DNA of 64,000 nt from Nostoc sp. B(2019) (GCA_010091925.1 WVID01000006.1), one strand, 5' to 3'; shown: positions 51,649 to 60,951, counted from the stretch's first letter. Program-made: numbers and translations. Notes: generated by a model from the letters alone, not told the origin.

Positions 51649-54222
51649 TTGATCCAATCTGAAACCTTAGAACTACTAGAATGGCATCGCCTCTGCCAGC
51701 ACCTTTCCACGTTTGCGGCAACTAAGCTGGGGGCGACAGCTGCGCGTCATCTGAAAATACCTGATTCTCAGGCAGAAAGCGAACAGTTGTTAGAGCAAAC
51801 CAAAGAAGTCTACCAACTAGAAAGTCGTCTGACTACAGGACTGTCGTTTGAGGGAATTCAAGATATTGGTGATTCTTTAGAACGGGCAGAACGCAGCGGT
51901 ATTTTAACAGGGGATGAACTGTTAGCGATCGCTACCACCCTCGCTGGTGCTAGAAATTTGCGCCGTGTAATTGACAACCAAGAAGATTTGCCAATCTTGA
52001 CTAATTTGGTTGCCGATTTGCGAACTTATCCCGAACTAGAACAGGAAATTCACCGTTGTATAGATGAACGAGCACAGGTAACTGACCGCGCCAGCCAAAA
52101 GCTGGGAGAAATTCGCACAGACTTGCGGCGATTACGCACTCAAATTACCCAAAAACTGCAAAATATTTTACAGGCAAAAGCTGGGGCAGTTCAGGAACAG
52201 CTAATTACCCAACGGGGCGATCGCTATGTAATCCCTGTGAAAGCACCTCAAAAAGATGCCATCCCCGGCATTGTCCACGATACCTCTACCAGCGGTGCGA
52301 CGCTGTATGTAGAACCTAATTCTATCGTGCCTCTAGGCAACCAACTGCGGCAGATAATTAGAAAAGAGCAAGCAGAAGAAGAAGCGATTCGCCGTGTTTT
52401 AACGGAGCAAGTAGCAGCAGTCAAACCTGATTTGGAGAGGTTATTAGCAATTGCTACCACTTTGGATCTCGCAACCGCCAGATCACGATATAGTTTCTGG
52501 CTAGGAGCTAATCCCCCGCGATTTATCAACCGGGAGGAAAGTGAAATCATTACCTTACGGCATTTGCGTCATCCATTGTTAGTGTGGCAGCAACAGCACG
52601 AACAAGGGCAACCAGTAGTTCCTGTAGATTTGTTCATCAGTCCACAAATTCGGGTAGTAACGATTACCGGGCCAAATACTGGCGGTAAAACTGTTACCTT
52701 AAAAACTCTAGGGTTAGCAGCATTGATGGCCAAGGTAGGTTTATTTGTCCCCGCCCGCGAACCAGTCGAAATCCCTTGGTTTGACCAAGTGCTGGCAGAT
52801 ATTGGCGATGAACAATCCCTACAGCAGAGTTTATCCACATTCTCCGGTCACATCCGCCGCATCAGTCGGATTTTAGACGCACTGGGAACTGGGGAAGCAG
52901 AGGAGCAGGGGAGCGGAGGGGCAGAGGAGAAACTTGGTACTCAGCAACGCCAGTCCGACGCCACTTGCTTTAAGCCCTTCGGGTTCGCAGTCCCCTACGG
53001 AGGGAAACCCTCCTTCAGGGCTGTCTCACCGGGAAACCCGTCCAACGCAGTGGCTCCTCAAGTCGGGGAACCCGCCCACGCGGCTGGCTCCTCAGCACTC
53101 GTCTTACTCGATGAAGTTGGCGCAGGAACCGATCCAGTTGAAGGTAGTGCCTTAGCGATCGCTTTGCTGCAATATCTCGCTAACCACGCTCAGCTAACAA
53201 TCGCTACCACTCACTTTGGTGAACTAAAAGCGCTGAAATATGAAGATGAGCGGTTTGAAAATGCCTCGGTAGAATTTGACGAAAGTACTCTGTCGCCAAC
53301 TTACCGCCTGCTGTGGGGAATACCCGGACGTTCCAACGCCTTGACAATTGCTTTGCGTTTGGGGCTAAAACCAGAAGTTGTGGAACAGGCGAAATCCCAA
53401 GTGGGAGAAGCAACAGATGAAGTTAACCAAGTCATTGCTGGGTTAGAAGCGCAACGTCGTCGCCAGGAAACTAAGGCTACTGAAGCACAAAATGTGTTGC
53501 AACAAGCAGAACGTTTGTACAAAGAAGTATCCGAAAAAGCCACAGCTTTACAAGAGAGAGAAAGTGCATTGCGGGCTTCACAGGAAGTAGCTGTTCAACA
53601 AACGATCGCCCAAGCAAAAGGTGAAATTGCCCAAGTAATTCGCCGCTTGCAGCAAGGTACACCCACAGCCCAAGATGCCCAGCAAGCGACTAATGCCTTG
53701 AATCAAATTGCCCAGAAATATCAGCCAGCAACGCCACCAAAACCAAAACTTGGGTTTATGCCCAAAGTAGGCGATCGCCTCCGTATTCCCAAGTTGGGAC
53801 AAACAGCAGAAGTGTTAACCGCCCCCGATCATGATGGGGAGTTAACTGTGCGCTTTGGGATTATGAAGATGACAGTCAAACTAGAAGATGTAGAATCTCT
53901 AGATGGTCAAAAAGCCGAAGCAGTTGTCAAAGCAAAGCCAGCCCCAACAGTAGTTACACCACCATCGCAGCCAGCCCCAGCGATTCGCACTTCCCAAAAT
54001 ACCGTCGATTTACGTGGTAAGCGAGTGGCTGACGCCGAATTCATTCTCGACAAAGCCATTTCGGAAGCTACAGGGCCAGTATGGATTATTCACGGGTACG
54101 GTACTGGTAAGCTGCGGCAAGGTGTTCACACCTTTTTGCAACAGCATCCCAGAGTCAGCAACTATGAAGCAGCAGAACGAGCAGACGGTGGCAGTGGTGT
54201 CACTATTGCTCATATAAAATAA
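51649..54222 (+). CDS. mutS2: endonuclease MutS2 (MutS domains III-V plus C-terminal Smr) carrying an in-frame repeat insertion
   Basis: Walker A (GPNTGGKT) and Walker B (LVLLDEVGAGTDP) are present, and the C-terminal Smr domain reads VDLRGKRVADA...IHGYGTGKLRQGV. The start is TTG in the ORF track, so the exact start is uncertain. Confidence 0.85.
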   Translation: MIQSETLELLEWHRLCQHLSTFAATKLGATAARHLKIPDSQAESEQLLEQTKEVYQLESRLTTGLSFEGIQDIGDSLERAERSGILTGDELLAIATTLAGARNLRRVIDNQEDLPILTNLVADLRTYPELEQEIHRCIDERAQVTDRASQKLGEIRTDLRRLRTQITQKLQNILQAKAGAVQEQLITQRGDRYVIPVKAPQKDAIPGIVHDTSTSGATLYVEPNSIVPLGNQLRQIIRKEQAEEEAIRRVLTEQVAAVKPDLERLLAIATTLDLATARSRYSFWLGANPPRFINREESEIITLRHLRHPLLVWQQQHEQGQPVVPVDLFISPQIRVVTITGPNTGGKTVTLKTLGLAALMAKVGLFVPAREPVEIPWFDQVLADIGDEQSLQQSLSTFSGHIRRISRILDALGTGEAEEQGSGGAEEKLGTQQRQSDATCFKPFGFAVPYGGKPSFRAVSPGNPSNAVAPQVGEPAHAAGSSALVLLDEVGAGTDPVEGSALAIALLQYLANHAQLTIATTHFGELKALKYEDERFENASVEFDESTLSPTYRLLWGIPGRSNALTIALRLGLKPEVVEQAKSQVGEATDEVNQVIAGLEAQRRRQETKATEAQNVLQQAERLYKEVSEKATALQERESALRASQEVAVQQTIAQAKGEIAQVIRRLQQGTPTAQDAQQATNALNQIAQKYQPATPPKPKLGFMPKVGDRLRIPKLGQTAEVLTAPDHDGELTVRFGIMKMTVKLEDVESLDGQKAEAVVKAKPAPTVVTPPSQPAPAIRTSQNTVDLRGKRVADAEFILDKAISEATGPVWIIHGYGTGKLRQGVHTFLQQHPRVSNYEAAERADGGSGVTIAHIK
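52880..53100 (+). repeat. in-frame insertion (about 72 codons) of a GC-rich dispersed repeat (copy 2) inside mutS2
   Basis: The stretch 52959..53037 is identical to 48168..48246. It translates as a G/A/P/S-rich linker located between the RILDALGT segment and the Walker B motif. Confidence 0.8.
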
Positions 54223-54571
54223 GACGGCAATAAATGTAACTGGGCAGAGTTAATGATTGTTAATTGCTAATTACTAATTAGCTGATGGTGATTAGAGATT
54301 AGCAATTAGCAGTTATCAATTTTAGGTTTGTTTATTTATACTCTTGTACCTAGCTAGTAGCTAAAGTTAGGTAAACCTTAACTTGGGCTGATAATTTTCT
54401 ACTTTGATGAAAAGAAGTTTTCATTTAGAGTAAGACAAAGATAACTGCTGTTTACTACAGAGAAAAGCTAGTTGAAGCTTCTAGCTCATAGCTATAGGAA
54501 ACCAACTTTGATGCTTGAGAGTCTGGTTTCAAAATGGGTAACAGCAACAGTCCCTATCAGCCTGATCACCT

Positions 54572-55177
54572 ATGCTAAAAGTTATGCACACGGCCGCCAA
54601 CTCAGCCACTCCAAATTCCCCATGGGAGGATTTAATCAAGCTTCCAGCGCCAGATGCAGTTCAATGGGACAATATCAAAACCCAGTTAGACTTGGTGCTG
54701 TTGGCGCTAGAAACTTTAACTGGTATTGGTTCCGAAGCAATGCTTTCGGCGGCAACTAATCTGAATTTAGAGTCAAGAGTGCCCGATCGCGTAGCTTTGT
54801 GGCGACTGCGCCAGTCCAACCCCTTACGCAAAGGTCAAGGAGGGCGAAAAAAACTAGATATAGAAGAAGGGCGATCGCTTGTTCTGATCACCTGTTACCT
54901 AGCCAAGGAGCACCAGGAATTAATTCGCCGTGCTGTCGGTCTATTAGAACAAATGGCGGAAAACAAACGGGAACCTCATCAGGCTGCTCTACTTGGAGAT
55001 TACATAGATGCTTTCTGCAACACCTACCAAGAGCGGATGGAAGAGGATGACCAAATCTCGACAGATTTACTTACCAATCTGGCACTAAAACTGCTTGTAG
55101 ATTTACTTTTTTATAGTGCCCCTGGTGGACACCGCCGTCTCTGGCTAGCACTTATAGACCGTTCCACAAAATTTTAG
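54572..55177 (+). CDS. DUF3038-like hypothetical protein
   Basis: 201 aa. It is a conserved cyanobacterial protein of unknown function. Confidence 0.4.
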   Translation: MLKVMHTAANSATPNSPWEDLIKLPAPDAVQWDNIKTQLDLVLLALETLTGIGSEAMLSAATNLNLESRVPDRVALWRLRQSNPLRKGQGGRKKLDIEEGRSLVLITCYLAKEHQELIRRAVGLLEQMAENKREPHQAALLGDYIDAFCNTYQERMEEDDQISTDLLTNLALKLLVDLLFYSAPGGHRRLWLALIDRSTKF

Positions 55178-55408
55178 ATTTGAGATTTGAGATTTCTCAT
55201 CCAAAATCCGTTTTGGAAAGTTTGCTAAGTCGGAAAACCAAAGTCAGTTCGGACATTTAATTATGTCCCAAACCTCTGCTCAGAATTCTTTGAGCAAGCG
55301 ACTGGCTCAATCCGCAAAATCTATTTTGAAAAGTTTGCTACGGAGACACCCGCTGACGCTCGATCGCCTTGGGCGTGCAGGCAAGACTCGCTAACTCTAT
55401 GGCAACTT

Positions 55409-57064
55409 TTGTCTCCGACACGCTACGCGAACGCAAAATCCCAAATAATAATAGACCTCGTAGTTCCTGCCATGCCTCTATCAAATTCTGTTATTCGTCG
55501 TTATACGCCTCCCACTTGCACGCTAGAAGTCTTAGCGCAAAGCTCGCCTTTGACCCGTTGGATGGGGAAAACAGTCCTTAAACAGTTAAGCTTTGAGTTA
55601 CGTTTTGACGATCCGCGATTACCAGAAGATCGTAGAGTGCCAATTCGGGGCGATCGCGACCAACTCGAAGCTTTGTGTGATGCAGTCACAACCTACGTAC
55701 AAGAATTTCTCCAACAGTCTCCAGAAAGCTTTTGGGTTACATTTTCAGGGCCGCAAGAGTCAAGCAAAGTACTTGATGAGTCAGAAGAATCAAGAGATTT
55801 ACATCCCGCTTCACTGTCTGCTAAAACATTAAAGCCCTTGACCTCCCAGATCCCAGGAGCAGAGATCCGCTTAGAACCGAATAGCTATTTAACTCACAAC
55901 CTATTTCTTGGTTCCCTCGCTAACCAAGCATCTGGTCGTGTTATTCAACTGAGTTTGCTGCAACTTTTTGATTTGGCAAGCGCCTTAGATGAATACTCCG
56001 CTGATGTTATGGTATTGCCAACTCTCAGCAGCAGCAGCAGTTCGAGTATGAGTTTTCCTACTTGGGCACCTGTCGCCGCAGTCTTAGTCTTAGCTTTGGG
56101 TTTAACACCAATCACTTGGCAATATGCTAACAACATCAGGCAAAAACAACAGCAGACTGCCAAAACTGTAGAGCCAACAGAGACAAATATTGCTGCCCTC
56201 GAAAGTTCACCTTCACTAAACTTTTCCACTCCTCAATCTGAACTCATTCCTCAAGATAATTTCCAATCATCGCTACCACCTCTAGGCTCTAGTCCTGGGC
56301 TACCCACTTCCAGTTTGCCCCCAAAACCCCTAACATCCCCTAATTCAGCCTTTTCCACCAAGTCTCAAATATCCCCTAATTCCAGTTTGCTTACGACTCC
56401 CCAATCCCCCAATTCAAATTTCTCTTCAACGCCCCTACTATCTCCAAAAGATCCACTAACTCTACCTCAGACGAAAACTCCAACCGTTCCCAGCAATCCC
56501 AAAAGCACAGCACTTACCAAAATCCCAGGACAGGAAACTCCCATTCAACCAAATCTTGGACAAAACCCAGCACGATCAATTCCCCAAGCGGGAATCGCTT
56601 TGCCTGAGAGACAGAGTTCGCCATCCAGTCCCCAAAATGATAATTCTTTAGGAATTTCTGCCGCAAACAAACTCTCTCCAGAACTGCCCTCTTCAACTAC
56701 TCCTTCTAGAACACCTGAAAGTAATCCATTTATCGATAGATTAGGGGATGGAAGTAAAAACCCCACTTCTGGCACATTGTTTGACACACCTCAAATAGCA
56801 GAAGCTAGAGAATATATAACAAAGCGTTGGCAGCCCCCTGCGAGATTGGGACAAACATTAGAATACAGTGTATTACTAGGTGTTGACGGCAAAATTGAAC
56901 GAATATTTCCCCTGAATAAGGCAGCAAGAGAATTCGTTGACAGCGCTGGGATGCCTGACATTGGAAAACCTTTTGTCTCCGCCAATAAATCTGGGCAAAA
57001 TCTCAGAATTCGAGTTGTTCTTAGCCCTGATGGCAAAGTACAAACATTTCCTGAGTCTGATTAA
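55409..57064 (+). CDS. DUF4335-like protein with long Pro/Ser-rich linker
   Basis: The N-terminus carries IRRYTPPTCTLEV. A low-complexity P/S/T region of about 200 aa follows, and a conserved C-terminal domain ends the protein. The start is probably MPLSNS, about 55470. Confidence 0.5.
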   Translation: MSPTRYANAKSQIIIDLVVPAMPLSNSVIRRYTPPTCTLEVLAQSSPLTRWMGKTVLKQLSFELRFDDPRLPEDRRVPIRGDRDQLEALCDAVTTYVQEFLQQSPESFWVTFSGPQESSKVLDESEESRDLHPASLSAKTLKPLTSQIPGAEIRLEPNSYLTHNLFLGSLANQASGRVIQLSLLQLFDLASALDEYSADVMVLPTLSSSSSSSMSFPTWAPVAAVLVLALGLTPITWQYANNIRQKQQQTAKTVEPTETNIAALESSPSLNFSTPQSELIPQDNFQSSLPPLGSSPGLPTSSLPPKPLTSPNSAFSTKSQISPNSSLLTTPQSPNSNFSSTPLLSPKDPLTLPQTKTPTVPSNPKSTALTKIPGQETPIQPNLGQNPARSIPQAGIALPERQSSPSSPQNDNSLGISAANKLSPELPSSTTPSRTPESNPFIDRLGDGSKNPTSGTLFDTPQIAEAREYITKRWQPPARLGQTLEYSVLLGVDGKIERIFPLNKAAREFVDSAGMPDIGKPFVSANKSGQNLRIRVVLSPDGKVQTFPESD

Positions 57065-57078
57065 TTAAATCAAGGGGC

Positions 57079-57534
57079 TTGATGCCAATTGCAAAACTGG
57101 TACATAGTTTGTACCAGTTTTTATTTGATTTAAGTGCTCTGGAGCTAGCCTTTTTGAGTCCAGTTACCAAACTGGTAAGACTATTGTGCCTAGCAAGTGT
57201 ACTAATCAATACAATCACAGTTAAATCACTCAGATTAAAAGTAAGAAATATGCAAACAATTGGCCCTCAAAAAGACAGCGCAGCTTGGGTTATTCAAACT
57301 TGGGCAGCTTTTGTGATTTCTATTTCTATGACCACTTTCGGTATTGTAAACTTACCTGTGGATAGCTGGGTGAAAGGCTTTATGGGTATGGGTTTGGCTT
57401 TCTCTATTGGCTCAACTTTTACTTTGGCAAAAACTACTAGAGATTTGCACGAAACTAGAAGATTAACCGCTAGGCTCGACGAGGCAAAAGTAGAAAAATT
57501 ACTTTCACAACACGATCCTCTCAATCTAAAATAA
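57079..57534 (+). CDS. small membrane protein (YiaA/B-like two-helix); start uncertain
   Basis: A hydrophobic two-helix core is present. The alternative start is ATG 57250 (MQTIGPQKDSAAW). Confidence 0.4.
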   Translation: MMPIAKLVHSLYQFLFDLSALELAFLSPVTKLVRLLCLASVLINTITVKSLRLKVRNMQTIGPQKDSAAWVIQTWAAFVISISMTTFGIVNLPVDSWVKGFMGMGLAFSIGSTFTLAKTTRDLHETRRLTARLDEAKVEKLLSQHDPLNLK

Positions 57535-57680
57535 AGGCAGTAAGCATCTTACAAAGTATTTTGGATTTTAAATAGTTGGTTATCGCTTTTATTTCCACAT
57601 TAGAAAAAATTAACTACATAACAAAAAACAAAAGGACTGAGTTTACCAGTCCTTTTTTATATTGATTTAATCTTTTTATC

Positions 57681-58142
57681 TTAATAACGAGACTTTTTGG
57701 TCTTTACCTTTTGCTTCCTACGCCGCCGTTCGCTAGCAGCAACCGCATGTTCCACCGGATAACCCACAACAGGAATTACCTGAAATTTGCGTTCTTCCTC
57801 TAACTTTTTCAGATTGGTGTAATCAACCCAGTGAATGCAATCAACCGGACAAGTGTCAATTGCCTCTTGGATGATTTCCTCTGCGTCCCCATCTTGGCGA
57901 ACCACGCGCGATCGCCCATAATCTGGTTCAATGTAAAAGGTGTTACGTGCAACGTGAGCGCAGTGCTTACAACCAATACAGGTGATTTCGTCAACATAAA
58001 CACCTTTTTGACGCAGCATACCACCCAATTCTGGTTCAAAACCAGAACGTTCAGGGGCATCCCGTAAGAAACCGCCTAATTCTGGTTCTAAACCGGAACG
58101 GTTGTCTTCTTGCTCTTCCGGCGACGGTAGGAAATCAGCCAT
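57681..58142 (-). CDS. 4Fe-4S ferredoxin-family protein
   Basis: The Cys pattern reads CIGCKHCAHV...CPVDC. An N-terminal internal duplication reads SGLEPELGGFLR / SGFEPELGGMLR. The start overlaps the ycf35 stop as TAATG. Confidence 0.75.
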   Translation of the reverse strand: MADFLPSPEEQEDNRSGLEPELGGFLRDAPERSGFEPELGGMLRQKGVYVDEITCIGCKHCAHVARNTFYIEPDYGRSRVVRQDGDAEEIIQEAIDTCPVDCIHWVDYTNLKKLEEERKFQVIPVVGYPVEHAVAASERRRRKQKVKTKKSRY

Positions 58143-58528
58143 TACGCACTCCAGCGCTGTACTACCAGACGAATCGAACCATCTTCATTTTTTTGTTGTT
58201 CAGCGACTTGAAAACCCACACGAGTAGTTTCTTTCACAACTGTTTGGTAAGCATAACGCTGGCTTACCTGGCGTAAGAAACCGTCCACAGATAAATTTTG
58301 CTGCCAATATTGTAAGTCAGCCACCAATTCATATTCTTTGCCATTCCATCTAAAGCCGATGTCATAGCCATTTTCCTGCTCAATAGTAACTTCGGCAGGA
58401 TGAGTTTGACCACGATAGCCACGTACCTCACGTGGGCCTGGTTTCCAGTCTATGCCCAATTCAGTCAGAGCGTCTTTCAAAGAATCAAGGTTACGGATTT
58501 GAGTCTTAATTTGGCTAAAGTGTGACAT
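58142..58528 (-). CDS. ycf35: Ycf35/DUF1257 protein
   Basis: 128 aa. It begins MSHFSQIKTQIRNLDSLKDALTELG, which is Ycf35-like. Confidence 0.6.
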   Translation of the reverse strand: MSHFSQIKTQIRNLDSLKDALTELGIDWKPGPREVRGYRGQTHPAEVTIEQENGYDIGFRWNGKEYELVADLQYWQQNLSVDGFLRQVSQRYAYQTVVKETTRVGFQVAEQQKNEDGSIRLVVQRWSA

Positions 58529-58567
58529 GGTGGTTGTGAATTAATAACACTAAACTACTGTGAAAAC

Positions 58568-58777
58568 TTACCAATCGCTGTAAGTGGTTTGCGTATTCGC
58601 CAGACTAGATTGCTGCACCTTAGCGGCGAAATATTCTGAGGTTGGCTCATGACTAAGTACTAGCCCCAACTGTGCTTCTATTGCTGCTGTAACCTCAGCG
58701 CAAGAAGCACCCACAATGCCAGTGACTTTCTCTTGTACCCGACCATCTGGATAAATTATGAACTCTAATGTCTCCAT
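58568..58777 (-). CDS. DUF2997-like small protein
   Basis: 69 aa. The sequence reads METLEFIIYPDGRVQEKVTGIVGASCAEVT. It lies immediately upstream of ycf35. Confidence 0.5.
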   Translation of the reverse strand: METLEFIIYPDGRVQEKVTGIVGASCAEVTAAIEAQLGLVLSHEPTSEYFAAKVQQSSLANTQTTYSDW

Positions 58778-59488
58778 GCTCTTGGCAAACCACTATAGTA
58801 CGCTTGAACTGTACTGCTCTAGCAAAATGCTAAAATTATAGCCGTCGGAACTTTTCTACTTAGATATAAACAAACTTGCCATTTGTTAACTAATGTTCCA
58901 TCTCTCAAAATATATATCTCAGAATCTTTACAAAAATTATTATTTTATGAGCGTACACGTCAGTTATTAGTTAGTGTCTCTTAACCTAATCAATTAGTCA
59001 AGTTCACAATTGAGCCTATAGGAGAAGTAGTAAAAGTCCTAAAAACAAGCATTAGCAGTAGTATGGCCAGCAAGTGAATTTACAAAAATATAAATTTTAT
59101 TGAAAAGCTTTATCATTATCATTAACTTGACCCTATTCACCCAATGATTACTTAGAAGGTAGATAAGTAGTGTTGGATGGAGTGCAGTGTAATCCAAAAG
59201 TAAGATTTTGGGGTATGCGATCGCATTAGGATTTATGTCTACATACGTAGGTCTAATCCAACCCAGGCATCGTATTAGCTCTTTGATATAGTCGCTTTAC
59301 CTTGCATCTAGTGTAAACAGATTTTTAGACTGCGATCGCCACAATATAGAGATAGTAAAAGTTTTTAACCTAAGCATGTTCTAGGTTTTCTGGCGTCAAC
59401 TATACAGCAAGGCGATCGCTTTAGAGTTTATACGTGTGATGCGTAGGCGTAGCCAGCCGTAGGCATCGCTTTTTGCACTAACGCTTAT

Positions 59489-59556
59489 CCTGTAACCATT
59501 TTCAATACTGAATCAGGAAATACTGGCTCAAAATGTAATAGTATTTTGAGTCATTT
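59489..59556 (-). pseudogene. degenerate duplicate of the 3' end of the DUF4926 gene
   Basis: It aligns to 60285..60348. The cores ACTGAATCAGG and CTGGCTCAAAATGTAA are conserved, but the reading frame is disrupted by stops. Confidence 0.5.
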
Positions 59557-59589
59557 GTATCACTCTAGATATTACAACCTCTAGATCGC

Positions 59590-59919
59590 TCACTCTGCAA
59601 ACATCTCAGCTAAGGTATCGAGAACATCTCTTTGTTCATGGTCACTAATTTGACCAAGCTGTTTGACCAATCTAGCTCTATCTACTGTACGAATTTGATC
59701 AAGAATAATTTGCCCATCTTTACCTTGAAACTGACAAGGTATGCGTGTGGGATATACTTGCCCCTTTGTAGTCATTGGAGCAACAATCACGGTAGCAATA
59801 TGGCGGTTCATCTCGTCTGGCGAAATCACTACACAGGGACGTGTCTTCTGAATTTCACTACCAATAGTGGGATCAAGATTAACTAAGAAAATATCAAAAC
59901 GCTTGACTACCATTCCCAT
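59590..59919 (-). CDS. mazF: MazF/PemK-family toxin
   Basis: FDIFLVNLDPTIGSEIQKTRPCVVISPDEMN, VAPMTT and DQIRTVDRARLVKQLGQIS are present. Confidence 0.8.
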   Translation of the reverse strand: MGMVVKRFDIFLVNLDPTIGSEIQKTRPCVVISPDEMNRHIATVIVAPMTTKGQVYPTRIPCQFQGKDGQIILDQIRTVDRARLVKQLGQISDHEQRDVLDTLAEMFAE

Positions 59920-60170
59920 TCAGCCTGATCCCAGTTTGTTACGCTTACGTCGTCATCTAGCAGAACATCATCATGTTGTTCAGCCATTGCTGCAAAAGCT
60001 TCGTCCCATCCAACTCGTAATTCTGGTGCTGCGCGAACAACTAGGTGATCACTATGAACCTCAATTTCAACCTCTGTGTGAATACCACTTTGCTCTAACA
60101 GGGGTTTGGGAATACGAACACCTTGAGAATTACCGATTTTCACAATTTTAGTTCTAATAGCTGCGCCCAT
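59907..60170 (-). CDS. mazE: AbrB/MazE-type (SpoVT_AbrB) antitoxin
   Basis: The sequence reads MGAAIRTKIVKIGNSQGVRIPKPLLEQSG. It overlaps the toxin by 13 nt. The ORF track opens at 60224. Confidence 0.7.
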   Translation of the reverse strand: MGAAIRTKIVKIGNSQGVRIPKPLLEQSGIHTEVEIEVHSDHLVVRAAPELRVGWDEAFAAMAEQHDDVLLDDDVSVTNWDQAEWEW

Positions 60171-60279
60171 ATTTAGATTACTTTGGAAATAATAGTAATT
60201 ACATTGTAGACACAGCTTTAGCAATGATCAAATGCAGCGAATCAATTAAACTTTAAATTTCAATACTGTAGGCGATCGC

Positions 60280-60528
60280 TTAGGCTGTCACCATTTCTGG
60301 GACTGAATCAGGGGATGCTGGCTCAAAATGTAACACCATAATTTGCTCTGGGCGTAAACCGACAGATTCGTATGTGCGCCCATTGCGATCGCTAAATTCA
60401 ACCTCAAACGCAGCGCCACCAGCTAATAATTCTACTACTGTGCCAACTTGACCACAGTACAGGTTATATTCAGGTAGATTAACTGTCAGTGCTACTACAT
60501 CCAGCAACTTGACCGTATTTTTAGTCAT
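60280..60528 (-). CDS. DUF4926-like small protein
   Basis: 82 aa. No family-diagnostic motif was identified in the sequence. The DUF4926 assignment rests on overall resemblance as recalled and was not checked. Confidence 0.5.
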   Translation of the reverse strand: MTKNTVKLLDVVALTVNLPEYNLYCGQVGTVVELLAGGAAFEVEFSDRNGRTYESVGLRPEQIMVLHFEPASPDSVPEMVTA

Positions 60529-60595
60529 CTTCTATCACTTCTAAATATTTACAGCAGATAGCAGGTTGTTAATCTTGGGACATCAGAACCATTTT

Positions 60596-60694
60596 CTATA
60601 ATCCCGTCTTTAGGTCTTTAATGCCTAAAGTTTTTTCTACAGCAGCTTCTACACCTTTTTCAACAGCTTTATTGGCAATATCTTCAAAACTCAT
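60596..60694 (-). CDS. candidate 32-aa small protein (MSFEDIANKAVEKGVEAAVEKTLGIKDLKTGL)
   Basis: An AGGAGA sequence lies 8 nt upstream of the ATG. The K/E/A-rich content resembles CsbD-like stress peptides. The ORF is below the track's length cutoff. Confidence 0.35.
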   Translation of the reverse strand: MSFEDIANKAVEKGVEAAVEKTLGIKDLKTGL

Positions 60695-60951
60695 AAATTA
60701 ATTTCTCCTAATCTGGTAAGCGATCTAATACTACTGTAGTACATTTAATACTAATTAAGTGGCAGTATTAATACTTAGATATTTCGTTACATCCCAAATC
60801 ACCAACGAAGACTTTCCAGTAAAAAAACGCATCGGTCAGCCGAAGAACCAAGGATAATAAAGCATAATTAGCCTCTATAGCTTTTAGCCATCAGCCACAA
60901 GCCGGAAACTGAGATGGTGAATGCTAAAAACTGTTAACTCAACTCAACAAA

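Noticed and set aside
52880-53100. Possible intein in MutS2
   Set aside because: It has no intein splicing motifs: there is no N-terminal Cys/Ser block and no C-terminal HN-Cys/Ser/Thr. The segment is nucleotide-identical to an intergenic repeat, so it is a repeat insertion and not an intein.
52248-54217. Several 60-100-aa ORFs on both strands inside mutS2
   Set aside because: These are shadow ORFs. The mutS2 frame is continuous and motif-rich.
55501-57218. Minus-strand ORFs and the 55593..55832 plus-strand ORF inside the DUF4335-like gene
   Set aside because: The low-complexity Pro/Ser-rich coding strand generates long open antisense frames. There are no start signals.
59632-60151. Plus-strand ORFs opposite mazF/mazE
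   Set aside because: These are antisense to a motif-supported TA pair.
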